Assembly (NCBI GenBank): GCA_043228905.1
Contig: JBHGNT010000010.1
Location: forward strand, 3,348,001 to 3,412,000
DNA: 64,000 bases
Reading direction: 5' to 3'
Source of the DNA: Azolla caroliniana
Lineage: Eukaryota; Plantae; Polypodiophyta
In this document: one piece after another, positions 12,210-24,389 of the stretch
How positions within the stretch are numbered: the first letter of the stretch is position 1
Layout: each line of letters opens with the position of its first letter
Translations under genes and position numbers: made by a program
Notes under the pieces: model-generated
Databases searched by the model: none
What the model saw: the letters and a program-made list of their open reading frames with translations, nothing else
Told to the model about the DNA's origin: nothing

Positions 12210-12474
12210 GAGGTCGACGCCTCTGTGTAATACCGCCGCCTGTGGCGAGGACAGCGAGCTCAAGGTCGTCGCCTTGCAGCTCGCCATTGTACATTCCCTG
12301 CGTATAGTGATAGTTGGAGTCTTGCACTCCCGTGGTTTTTCCCGTCTAGGGTTTTCCACGCTAAACCCTGTGCATTCGAGTCTCTCTCTGTGTTTTCGAT
12401 TTACTGCTGCATTGACTCGTGTTTCCTCGGTTGTGGCCGAGAGGTAAAGTTTTTGGAAGCGTCGATTTCTAACA
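11804..12474 (+). repeat. Copia 5' LTR (671 bp)
   Basis: TGTTGGGATT...TTTCTAACA; near-identical to 16590-17258. Confidence 0.95.
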
Positions 12475-12477
12475 ATC

Positions 12478-12489
12478 TGGTATCAGAGC
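12478..12489 (+). other. Copia primer-binding site (tRNA-iMet)
   Basis: TGGTATCAGAGC 3 nt after the 5' LTR. Confidence 0.9.
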
Positions 12490-12505
12490 GACTGTAGTGC
12501 AGAAA

Positions 12506-15500
12506 ATGGAAGGCGGCAGCAGCGGGCAACCGGGGATGATGGTGCTGAATGCGCAGAACTACGCCGACTGGAAGATAAAGATGGAGGATCTGCTCATTGT
12601 TCGGGACCTGTATGAACCGATCGACAGGTCGGAAATACCCAAGGGGGTACTTGAGACGGAATGGAGGCTTCTGAACCGGAAAGCCGTTGCAACCATTCGG
12701 CAATACGTCGACGTGAGCGTTCTACAACATGTGGCGAACGACACCAACGCATATGAGATGTGGCAGAAGCTGTCGGGCCTCTACGAGAGGAAGAATGCGT
12801 TGAACCGGACCTCCCTGATGAGGAAGATAGTGAACCTCAAGTACCGGGACGACGAGAGTATGGTGGAACACGTAAGCACGTTCATGGGATTCGTGAACCA
12901 GCTTGCGGGGATCAAGTTCCCGTTGGAGGATGCAATGCAAGCCATCATGCTGATGTGTACATTGCCGGAAAGCTGGGAGAACTTGGTGGTGACTCTCAGC
13001 ACCTCCTGCACCGAAGATAACTTGTCCCTACAAACGGTAAAGACAAGCATTTTGAACGAAGAAGCGCGTCGGAGAGATAAAGAACCGGCCTCCGATCCGA
13101 AGATGCTGCTTACCGAATCGGATCGGGGAAGATAACGGAACCGGAGTCCGCAAAGACGGGAGAAGTCGGGGACCCGGTCGCAGTCAAGAGGAAGGCCCAC
13201 ATGCTTCCACTGTGGGAAGCCGGGGCACTTTCGAAAGAATTGTCGGCATTACCGAAAAGACAACGGAGCCGACGACACCGATTCGAAGAAGTCTTCGGAA
13301 CGGAACGGTGCTTACCGGGGAGCCACGGACCGGAATGGTTCGGATCGGCGAGGGCAAGACCGGAAAGGAACGACGGCACTCGCGGCAAGTGAAGAGGAGA
13401 TCATGCTCATCACCGAAGAAGGTGAACTAAACATTGCCGGCGATGAGACTACCTGGGTGGTCGATTCCGGAGCGTCGTTCCACCTGACCCCGGAAAGAAG
13501 ATACTTCTCATCCTACACAGCCGGTGAGCATGGCTGTGTTCGGATGGGAAATGAAGGTACGTGCCGGATTGCCGGCATAGGAGATGTGTGGTTGACAACC
13601 TCGACCGGATGCAAAATGTTGCTGAAGGATGTCCGACACGTTCCGGAGGTTCGATTGAACCTGATTTCGGCCGGGAGGCTAGACGATGAAGGCTACACAG
13701 GTAGCATCCGGAACTGCGTAATGAAGTTCAGCAAGGGGAGCCTGATAGTGGCTCGGGCCTGGAAAGTCAACACACTGTACCTTATGAATGCCTGGTTGTG
13801 TCGGGATGAGTTGAACGTGGCAGCCGACACTGCCGGTGAGCTGTGGCACAAGAGACTGTGCCACATGAGTGAGAAGGGGATGAAGAGGCTTGCAGAAGAC
13901 AACCTTATTCCAGTGAAGCATGTGCACCTGGAGAAGTGCACCGATTGCCTGGCCGGTAAGCAGAACCGAGCCTCCTTACACTCAAGGCCACCGACGAGAC
14001 GTAGCGCACCATTGGAGTTGGTGCACACTGACGTGTGTCAAGTAGAAACGAAGTCACATGGCGGAGCCCAGTACTTCGTGACATTCATTGATGACCACAG
14101 CCGTAAGCTGTGGACGGCACCGTTGAAGAAAAAGGACCAAGTGTTGTGCGTCTTCAAAGAACTCCACGTGAGAGTGGAAAGGGAATCCGGCAAGAAGCTG
14201 AAAGCGATACGAGCGGATAACGGAGGGGAATACCGGGGGCAGTTCGAGGAGTACTGTCGCTCGAAGGGAATCCGGCTCGAGTTTACTGTGCCGAAGACGC
14301 CGGAACTGAATGGGTTGGCCGAGAGGATGAACCGGACCATAATGGAGAGGGTCCAGAGTATGCTGGCGCATGCGAAATTACCCAAGGGGTTTTGGGCTGA
14401 GGCAATGTCGACGGCGACATACGTGATAAACAGATCACCCTCAGTACCTTTGGACGGAGACACGCCGCAGCGAGTGTGGACCGGTAGGGAAGTATCCTAC
14501 CGGCATCTGAAGGTGTTTGGATGTCTCGCATATGTGCATGTGGCAAAGGACCGGAGAGGAAAGCTAGATCCAAAGACCCGACCATGCATATTCCTCGGTT
14601 ACGGCGATGACGAGTTCGGCTACCGAGTATGGGACCCGGTCGACAAAAAGATATTCCGGAGTCGTGATATCATCTTCATGGAGGACAAGACACTCGCCGA
14701 TTGGGAGTCGGAGAAGAAGATGAAGAGCTCCAAGTCGACCGGTGAGGATCAACTCTACGAGGAGCAGTCCCGACCGGCAAGGGACCGGTTAGCACTCGAG
14801 GATCCGGCCGAAGACGGTGAAGAAACAGAACCGACCGAGGAAGAAGAAACTGATACCGGAACCGGCCCCGATCCCGAAATGGATTCGGATGAAGAGGAAA
14901 CGGTGGAGCCGGTTACCGAAGCTCCGGAACGGAGATATCCTCTAAGAGAGAGAAGGGCCCCCCGGAGATTTCCGGAACCAGAGCACGTGCTGCTAACCGA
15001 CGAGGGGGAGCCGGAGAGTTTTGAAGAAGCAAAGCTTGACACCCATAGCCGCGGATGGTTAAGTGCCATGCAGGAGGAGATGGATTCCCTGCATGAGAAC
15101 CACACATATGAACTTGTGGAGTTGCCGAAAGGAAAGCAGGCACTTCGAAACAAGTGGGTGTTCAAGCTGAAACCGGGAGATGCCGGAAACCCCCCGAGAT
15201 ACAAAGCCAGGATCGTGGTGAAGGGGTTCCAGCAGAAGAAGGGCGTCGACTTCGACGAGATATTTGCCCCAGTAGTGAAGATGACCTCCATCCGGACGGT
15301 GCTGAGCATAGCGGCAAGCATGGACCTCGAGGTTGAACAGATGGACGTGAAGACGGCATTCCTTCACGGTGACCTCGAAGAAGAGATCTACATGCAGCAA
15401 CCGGAAGGATTCGAGAAGAAAGGGAAGGAGCACCTGGTATGCCGGTTGAAGAAGAGCCTTTACGAACTAAAGCAGGCTCCCTGGCAATGGTACCGGAAGT

Positions 15501-16579
15501 TCGACTCTTTCATGACCGACGAAGGGTACCACAAAACGCAGTCCGATCACTGCGTGTTTGTGAAGAAGTTCGAAGGAGGAGACTTTCTAATACTCCTCCT
15601 GTACGTGGACGACATGTTGATCGTCGGACGGGACCAGGTCAAGATACGGATGCTGAAGAAAGCGCTTCACCGAACCTTCTCAATGAAGGACCTGGGTCCG
15701 GCGAGGCAAATACTAGGGATGCACATCATCCGGGACCGGAAGAAGAAGCAGTTGTGGCTGTCACAGGAGAAGTACGTGACAAAGGTGCTTCACCGGTTCA
15801 ACATGTCGGAAGCAAGACCGGTCGGGTCAACCCTCCCGGCAAACTGCAAGTTGTCCAGCAAGCAAAGCCCCAAGACAAAGGTTGAGAAGGAGGACATGAT
15901 GAAAGTACCATATGCCTCTGCCGTCGGAAGCTTGATGTACGCAATGGTGTGTACAAGACCGGACATAGGATATGCAGTCGGAGTGGTGAGCCGGTACATG
16001 AGCAATCCCGGCAAAGAGCACTGGAACGCGGCCAAGTGGATACTCCGATACCTGAAGGGCACGGCAAACGTGTGTCTCCGATTCGGCTCTGGTAAGCCCG
16101 AACTCGACGGCTTTACCGATTCGGATATGTCGGCTGATGCAGATACCAGCCGGTCCACATCAGGGTATGTGATGACGTATGCAGGGGGAGCTGTTTCGTG
16201 GCAGTCGAGGCTGCAGAAGACGGTTGCGTTGTCAACCACGGAGGCGGAGTACATGGCGGCTGTTGAAGCCGGCAAGGAAATAATATGGATGAAGGACTTC
16301 ATTAGAGAGCTCGGTATCCGGTAGGAGGAGTACCGACTCTACTGCGACAGTCAGAGTGCCATCCACCTTGCGAAGAACGCGGCCTATCACTCACGGACGA
16401 AGCACATCCAGCGAAGATATCACTGGATCCGGGAAAGGATAGAAGACCAGGAGTTCGTGCTGACGAAGATCCACACGGACGAGAACGGGTCAGATATGCT
16501 GACCAAAGTGCTCACACCCGACAAGCTGGAAGCGTGCCGGAAGAGGGTCGGACTGGAAAGACATCCCATGCCGAAGTGA
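12506..16579 (+). pseudogene. Copia Gag-Pol polyprotein, single frame with two in-frame stops (TAA 13133-13135, TAG 16322-16324)
   Basis: Gag core, CFHCGKPGHFRKNC knuckle, WVVDSGASFH (PR), LWHKRLCH..C..C and VHTD/ADNGGEY/NGLAERMN (IN), MDVKTAFLHG and YVDD (RT), RNase H continuing to TGA at 16577-16579. Confidence 0.92.
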
Positions 16580-16589
16580 AGGGGGAGTT

Positions 16590-16955
16590 TGTTGGGATTA
16601 CGGTCCCTCCGGATGGGATGGTCAGATGTCCGGGAATCGGGAATGAAGACCCGAATGATGAAGACCCGGTTTTCGGATCCGGATGATGAAGACCCCGGCT
16701 ACGGAGCCGGATGACGAAGACCCGGTTTCGGATCCGGATGATGAAGACCCCGGCTACGGAGCCGGATGACGAATGTACCCGGAGAGAGATCCGGATGCGG
16801 GGACATATTTGTGAATATGTTTGCCAAGGGCCCTCGAGGCTATATTTGTAAATAGCCCGAAAGTCATATGTGTATAAATATGACTTAGGGCAAACAGTTT
16901 GTTTGTTGTTGCTCATTTTTCTGTTTTCCACTTAGAGGGAGCGAAGTGAGAGCAG

Positions 16956-16993
<38 letters not shown>

Positions 16994-17258
16994 GAGGTCG
17001 ACGCCTCTGTGTAATACCGCCACATGTGGCGAGGACAACGAGCTCAAGGTCGTCGCCTTGCAGCTCGCCATTGTACATTCCCTGCGTATAGTGATAGTTG
17101 GAGTCTTGCACTCCCGTGGTTTTTCCCGTCTAGGGTTTTCCACGCTAAACCCTGTGCATTCGAGTCTCTCTCTGTGTTTTCGATTTACTGCTGCATTGAC
17201 TCGTGTTTCCTCGGTTGTGGCCGAGAGGTAAAGTTTTTGGAAGCGTCGATTTCTAACA
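16590..17258 (+). repeat. Copia 3' LTR (669 bp), preceded by PPT GAAGTGAAGGGGGAG
   Basis: Direct repeat of 11804-12474. Confidence 0.95.
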
Positions 17259-17273
17259 CATATAATATCCCGT

Positions 17274-17969
17274 TGTCGTGAAGAAAACCGTCCCTAGGCG
17301 GAAACCGAGTTTAGCGTGTGTAAACCGGCCCTTACACGCGAGCACACTTTTCGTTGTATAGTAAGTAGGTAGGTACGAGTCGACTGAGGTGAAATCCTAG
17401 GTAGCACGCATTCAATAGGGAGAGAATCGAGGTGTATCTCTGTCCGAAAGGACACATAATTAATGTGATGTAACGGATGATAATGGCCTCCCTCCTTGAG
17501 CTATAAAAGAGAGGGAGAGGAATGAAAAAGGTATCGCGCGTGAGAGAGGACGAAGTGTTGTCGGACTGGGACCGAGCCCTTCTCCTCTGCCACTCTCCAT
17601 AGCCATTTTGGCGCAGGTTTTCAGGAGGCTGACTCTGCTCCGTGGAACGCCCGTGTGCTTCCGGTAGAGTCTCCATCTCGCTCTTCTGTGTGTGAGTGAA
17701 CAGGCGTCGGTGTTCGCCTTGTCGGCCTGTTAGTTGTAACCGTCTCGATATATATATATATATATTTATATACATACGTGTTCATATACTCGGACTTCTA
17801 GTCGTCTCGTTTTGCTGTGTTGTTGGATTGTGATTCCTGTGTGTGCCCGTGTCTGTGCGTGTGCAAGTGCGTCTGTTGCCTTTCCGTTCTCCTCCTTCTC
17901 AGCTATTTCTCGGTCCAAGACCCCGGTGGTCCCGCCTCGTTCTCCACGCACGCGCGTAACAACGCGACA
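17274..17969 (+). repeat. Gypsy 5' LTR (696 bp)
   Basis: Direct repeat of 24390-25081; TATA-like CTATAAAA at ~17501. Confidence 0.95.
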
Positions 17970-17973
17970 TAAT

Positions 17974-17991
17974 TGGTGAACCCGACGTGAA
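17974..17991 (+). other. Gypsy primer-binding site complementary to the tRNA-Trp(CCA) 3' end
   Basis: TGGTGAACCCGACGTGAA is the reverse complement of ...UUCACGUCGGGUUCACCA, recalled as the plant cytosolic tRNA-Trp 3' end. Confidence 0.8.
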
Positions 17992-18013
17992 CAGGCGGCA
18001 GAGGAGTAGAAAG

Positions 18014-20844
18014 ATGAGGGGGTCAGATCTCGCGGAAGCCATGGTTTCGGCTGTGGATCGGATAGTGAGTGTGCGTGAAGGCGCACGCGCCCTCGATAGG
18101 GCTATTGAAGCGGTCGTCGGCACGATAGGCCGGTTCGGTGGGAAGGACGCCACGAGCTATTTGGAGGCCTACCGGGCCGAGATGGTAATGAGAGACATTC
18201 CGGAAGAAAGGCAACTGACCGGGTTCCCTCAGGTGGCAATGTCGGGCATCCATGCGAAGGTGCTCGAGGTATGGACTGAGAACTGGACCTGGGAAGAGTT
18301 TGAAGGTCGGCTTCTCGAAAAATACGGGCTTGATGACGCGCTTCGGCTCTCGAAAAGGGACTTCATGGAATGGGTAGAGACCCCCGAAAAGGGGAGAAAC
18401 GCATCAGTGCTCCTCCAGGAGTTTGAAGAACGTTGTCGTGAAGATTTTCGTCCACAAGCGGAAACCCGAGCAAAGAGAGCCAAAGAGCAATGTGTAACGT
18501 TGCACACGTACATAATGTATTTGTAATAATAATAGGGGTAAAGTGTATGGTGCTAGAAATGCCCCATAGGATCCCCAAGGAATAAAGGTGATGTGGTCTT
18601 GTGCGCACATCCACGTGAGAGAGAGAGAGAGAGGTACTATGCGGTACATAGGTACCTAGTTGTTTGTGAGGAGGTGGGAGTTAAGGGGCCATCAATCTCA
18701 CCCTCCCCAAATCAAGGCAAATATCCCCTTTGAATGAAAGGGGATATTTTAGTCTCGTTTTTGTAAACGATCTTCCCTCCTTGTGCTATAAAAGGAGAGG
18801 GAAGGCACCATTGTGAGGGTTGCCTATTTTGAGCGTGCGAGGTATACCACATAGGTCGAGCGTTAGGGTTAGGGTTAGGGTTTCTTTATCTTGATCTTCA
18901 TCTTCGTCGGTTAGGGTTTCGAGTAGTCGTTTGGTGCGGCCTATGTGGCCACCATTTTGTAATCGTTCACTTCGTTTTAATATATCTTGTTGATCATCTT
19001 GTCTCCATCTTCCTCTTGTTTGATCTAATCTCTTGTTCATTCTTCTTCTTCTCGAGCAAAGCTTCCATTCCACGTCTGATTCCTTCTCCTCTACTCCTTA
19101 GTCCAAGACCCCCATGGTCCCGCCCTTCTTAACGCACGCGCGTAGCAACGCGACAACGCTTCGCGCGTCTTTCGGCGCTCGACCGGATTGTACTAGACAC
19201 AAGTCGCGTCCTGCTGTTCGTTAAGTCGGTGGATGCGAGGGACCGGGAGCAAGTGGGTCTCCTGCTGGAGACTGATGACGGGCTGACGGCCGACTGGGCC
19301 GTGGTGAAGAGAGTCTATGGCCGTTTCGACAAACGGCGAGAGTGGGTTGATAAAGGATCAACAGGGGCGGGCTCTGTAGCAGCAAGGAAACTCGAGCCAA
19401 CCCCGCCAGGCCGAAGGGAGGAGACCTGAGACTGGCTCGAGACCGGATCGACTTCGACTGGCATGGTCAAAGGTTCGTCCGGAGGAGCAGCTCTAGAGGA
19501 TCTGACTAGGATGGTAAACGACCTCCAGATTGCACAGGCACGGAGGGATGTCGGCGAACAAGCCCGTGACCGAAGGCCCCTGGCTGGAAACCGGTGTTTA
19601 TGGTGCAACGCGGTCGGCCACACCCGGAAGGACTGCGGGGACTTCGCCGAGGCAATGAGAGCCAACGTGGTGTACCTATGGAACGGCCGGGTGCACGCTA
19701 GCGAGACCCAAAGGGCCCTGGACCTGAATGTCGAACGAGGGGGTATGAAACGGCTGATGGAAGAAGCGGCGGCTCGCCACGCGAAGACCGTCCACTACTC
19801 GGAGGTGGTGAGGCTGGGAAGACGTATGAAGCCGGATTCTGGCCGCTAATGCTGGAAGGCCTCGCCAGTGCACGGCTAAGGAAAGAAGAAGCGGACCGTG
19901 CGGAAAAACGGGTCCGGGAGGTAACCGAGTGGAGTGACCCGGTCGAAGAGAAGATGGGCTTCGTTGAAGCCGCATGCCAGAACTACGAGGCTCTAGTGGA
20001 AGACAAGTGAGTAGGTAAAACCAGAGGGGCCGGGCCCTCGCAATGGTATGAGACCCGATTCAGTCAAAGGCAAAATGAGGCCAGTGCGATCGGCGCACCG
20101 GATAAAGCCAAGAAGGTCGGGTACGGATTGAGCACGGAAATCGAAAGAACCACGGACCTGCGAAAGGTCCTGGAGGAACGTATCCTCGACAGCAAAGTGG
20201 AGTTGTCGCTGAGGGAAGTGCTCGGGATCGCCAAGAAGGAGTTCCACGACTCCATCGTAGACTTGGTGAAGAGGAAGAGGTTGTCGACAGAGCCAGAGCC
20301 GGAGAAGCCTGTGGAAGTGCGAACGACGCACATAGAGGACATGGCGCTAGAAGACGAGTTGGTGGAGAGCCACTATTCGAGGCCGCACTGGGCCAGAGCG
20401 ACCACGGAGACCCCTGTTAAGATCGGGGATGTCCATGAGCCGGTGGTGGTGTTGGTGGACCACGGTTCAGAAATCAACTTGATGTCCATGGATTTCTACA
20501 AAAAGGGGAAATGGCCGATCAACACCAAACACGGCTGGAAAATACGGGCAACGACGCGCGCCACGGAAGAACTACATGGAGCCTGCTTGAACATACGGGT
20601 GAAAATCGGCGATGTCGAGATCGACCATCACTTCTTCGTGCAGGAGACGTCCTCACATCCGGTTATACTAGGAGAACCATACATCACGACGGCACGGATG
20701 GAGACCAAGGTGTTGGACAACAGTTCGGCCTATGCAAGAGTCAAGAGCCAGGACGAGCGTCACTCGGTCCAGTTCCTAACGGTGCGACCAAACCATGAGC
20801 ATAACCGCGAGACCCTCGGTGGCGAAACCTGAGGGGATTTTTAG
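18014..20844 (+). pseudogene. Gypsy Gag-protease ORF (split by the solo LTR, stops and one frameshift near 19800)
   Basis: RFGGKDATSYLEAY...LLQEFEE|RFARLSALD is restored by removing 18434-19159. Zinc knuckle at ~19594; aspartic protease LVDHGSEINLM at ~20450. Confidence 0.8.
18434..19155 (+). mobile_element. Solo LTR (722 bp) of a related Gypsy family nested in gag
   Basis: Same termini as the host LTRs (TGTCGTGAAGA...CAACGCGACA) but a different interior. 4-bp TSD ACGT/ACGC. Removing 726 bp restores the gag frame. Confidence 0.85.
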
Positions 20845-23800
20845 AGAGGGTTATCAAGGCGTGGGGCCGCGATAGTCCGGACACCCCGGGAAAACCCCAC
20901 GAATGTACAGTAGGGAAGAAGACCTTTACCATAGGTAGGAAATTTTGGTTCTCCGACAGCGGGGGTTGTACGATTGTCGGCGTCGTTGGCCGGGAGAAGA
21001 AGAGGGCGGAGGAGCGACTTCAGGCGTGCGGAGTCCTCAGCCCTAGAGAGGAAATCAACGAAGTCGTGGAGGCGGTCTCTTTCCACGACACCTTGGGAAA
21101 TTTACGAGAGGTGGTCGGAGGAGGCCTCAAAGAGGACCAGACGATTCCCGTATGTTCGGAAGGGGTGTACGAAGTCATCGCCGACTTCTGTAACGGGCTC
21201 GAGTCGGATCGGACGGCCCGAGTGGACACAAAGTACAAGATTGTGGACTGGAAGGTGAGGCTAGTACCGGCACCCTTGCCGGAGGGCAGCGAGTTACAAG
21301 TAAAGGGGGGTGCATCGAACCCGAGTTTGCGAGATCCGGCCGGCATAAGACACACGTTCACCTATATAACACTACGAGAGCTCAAGATCGGTGGGGGTGG
21401 CTTTCTACTACCGGCGGAAGAGGACCAGTTTCGGAGAATGCTCGGGAGGCACGGGAAGGCTTTCGCGTTCTCACCGGAGGAGATCGGGTGCGTAGACCTG
21501 ACAGTTGTGGAACCGATGGTGATCTTCATGGTACCGCATGTGTCGTGGAACCTCAAACCGATTCCGGTACCCAGAGCTCACACCTCGAAGCTGATGGAGC
21601 TGTTGAAACAGAAGGTCGAGATGGGCATCCTCTAACCGTCGAGTGCCCCATACTCGAATCGGTGGTTTACCGTGCCAAAGAAGAATGGCACGTTACGTTT
21701 TATTCAAGACCTGCAACCGGTCAACAAGGTGACCATTTGGAACGCAGGAATCAAACCGACCATAGACAGGTTCACGGAGGCCTTCACCGGAAGGTCGATT
21801 TACTCTGTCGGTGATCTGTACTAAGGGTACGACCAGTTCCAGCTAGCTGTGGAGAGCAGGGATATCACGACGATGCGAACTCCTCTCTGTCTAGTACAGA
21901 TGTGTACCCTACCACAAGGCGGGACGAATTCGGTGGTGCATATGGTGAACGCAATGAACAAGGTGCTGAGGGACTGCATCCCGGACATTACCATGCCATT
22001 CTTGGACGACATCCCAATAAGGGGTGTCCGATGGAAGATGCGGACGAGATTGTCGGGCCGGACGGATGTCAGAGGTTCGTCGTGAACCACATCAACGACT
22101 GCGAGAAGGTGCTGCAGATGCTCGAGAGCGCACGACTCACCTTCTCCGGAGAAAAATCGGCGTTCGGGAAGTCAGAGATCTTGGTGGTCGGACACCTGTG
22201 CGGGCCTTACAGTAGGAAACCGTCTCCGGCAAAGGTAGAAGCCATCTTCGCGATGAAGGATGACTGTGGGTCGGTTACGGAGGTCCGCAGATTCTTGGGG
22301 ATGTGCGCGTTCTACCACATCTGGATTCCGCACTACGCGCATGTTGTGGAGCCGCTCTACGGGTTATTGAAGAAAGGGCGTAGGTTCGAGTGGAGGACGG
22401 AGCACACGGAGTCGGTCCGGAGACTAAAGGAGGCACTTACGGTAGCACCGGCTTACGGCAAGGGCGTCCCCATCTACGTAACCGTAGGTCCACGAGTCTG
22501 ACCGGGATCGGATGGGTGATCAACCAAGAGGATGACGTTGGCACGAGGTTCCCCATCCGGTTTGGCGCAAAGGTCCTCAGTGAGCGACAACAAGGATACG
22601 CCCAGGTTAAACGCGAACTCTGGGGTATCATTTCAGCGGTGAAGGCCGATAAAGACTACCTTATTGGGACAGAGGTAATAATCGAGACGGACTGCTTGCC
22701 GATTCTCGGCATGGTTTCTGAATACGTGATGCCAGACCTGGCAATGCTCAGGTGGATAGCGTACATCAAGTCCTTGAATCCGGAGATACGACACATTTCC
22801 GGAAAAGACAATGCCATGGCCGACATGCTCTCAAGGGCGAGGTTCGAAAACGAGGACGGCATGGTTTCGGAGGACGAGAAAGTCGGCGTAGATTTCTTCG
22901 AGGAGGCATACGTGACAACCAGAAAGGGGAGCACTCCGGCGCTTAACGAATTCGACGAGAGCAAGTATGACGGGGAGTGGCTCCAGATCAGTGGGCTCCT
23001 GAAAACAATGACACCAGACGCGGCGTGGACAAAGGAAGAGACCAACCAAATCCGGAAGAAAGCGTACTGATTCTTCCTTCGGGACGGGTACATATGGAAG
23101 CACCTGAAGAAGGGGACGACATCCCGCTCCGAGTGGTGGCGAAGAAGGAGGAACATGAGGAATTGCTGGAGGCCTACCACGAGAGTCCCTTGGCCGAACA
23201 CCGCGGAACATGGGCCACATTCGAGAAGCTAAAGGGGAAGTACTGGTGGCCGGGATTGTACCGGGACGTGCATCGATTCGTGACGACTTGCGAAAGCTGT
23301 CAGATGCACTCCATAGTCCGACACCGGGACGAGCTTCACCCGACCTACCCTCTGACCGTCCATTTCAAATGGATGGTGGATTTGGTGACGATGCCGATGG
23401 GGGTAGGACAGATGCGGTATCTGGTGTTCGCTCGGGAGGATCTGACGAACCAGGTTGAAGGCCGAGCGTTGCAGAACAAAACGACTGTGGTTGTGTGCCG
23501 GTTTCTGATCGAGGACGTGATATGTCGGTACAGGAGCGTAGGAAAGATCGTGGCTGACCACGAAGAGTTGGACGCGCAAGAGGCTGAAGAGTTGTTTTAC
23601 CGACTAGGGGTCAAACTCTCGCTCACCACATAATACAATCCAGAGGATAACAGGAAGGTGGAGCGCGGACACGAGCTGATCGTCAAAGCGCTAGTACGGG
23701 TGTTTGAAGGCCAAGTCGGGAACTAGCCGCAACTGCTACCTTATGCCTTGTGGGCGGACCGAACTACGTACAGTTCGGTAACCGGGTTCATGCCAACAGA

Positions 23801-24314
23801 GCTTATGTACGGATAGAGGGCGATCATGCCAACAGAGCGAATCATCTCCTCATGGGCCACGGTGGACTGGAGAGATGAGATGACCCGGGAGGAGCTGCTA
23901 GCGGCACGGATTCGACAGCTCGAGCGAAGGCCGGAGGACGTGGAATGAGCCGCAGAGAAGCTTCGGTTGGCAAGGTTGAAGAACAAAGGGCGGTTTGACC
24001 GGACTCACCAGCTGCGACCGAAGAAAATCGAGGAAGGCGACTGGGTCCTAGTGTATGACAGCAGGCTCGACAACCAGCACAGGGCAATGCGGAAGTTTGC
24101 AAGGAGGTGGTTTGGGCCTTACGTGCTGACAGGCGCCAACAACAACGAGACCTACCATCTTGCGGAGCTCGATGGTATGAGTATGGCAATACCGGTAGCG
24201 GGGAAGAGGGTCAAAGCGTTTAAGAAACGATACGAGTGCGAGCCGGATCTAGAAAGCATGGACGGCGACGACGGGCGGTCTGAGGCGGATGACGATCCGG
24301 AAGACGAGGAGTAA
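20835..24314 (+). pseudogene. Gypsy Pol (RT-RNase H-integrase) in the -1 frame relative to protease; decayed
   Basis: Open from 20835 to 21635, then RT motifs (PYSNRWF.VPKKNG.LRFIQDL, LPQGGTNS, FLDD), RNase H (YAQVKRELWG, NAMADMLSR) and integrase (HRGTWATF..CESCQ, WFGPY). Confidence 0.85.
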
Positions 24315-24389
24315 AGCATGGGCCGATTTTCTCCAGCAAGAGCCCAATTTTGGCGCATACCAGTGGATGTGCGGTTAGGTGGGGGCAGA

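Larger units (their letters stand above)
11804..17258 (+). mobile_element. Full-length Ty1/Copia LTR retrotransposon (Tnt1/Tork-like), very young
   Basis: TG...CA LTRs at 11804-12474 and 16590-17258 with ~4 substitutions plus one (GA) unit by manual count. 5-bp TSD CATAT (11799-11803, 17259-17263). PBS-iMet and PPT present; domain order Gag-PR-IN-RT-RH. Confidence 0.97.

Noticed and set aside
13679-16302. Numerous overlapping antisense and alternate-frame ORFs in the Copia and Gypsy interiors
   Set aside because: Shadow ORFs expected in GC-rich coding DNA; no motifs.
17332-17775. 147/149-aa antisense ORFs present in both Gypsy LTRs (also 24448-24897), and similar ORFs in the Copia LTRs
   Set aside because: Conservation is explained by LTR duplication. 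They start in (AT)n or run through (GA)n microsatellites and show no recognisable domain.
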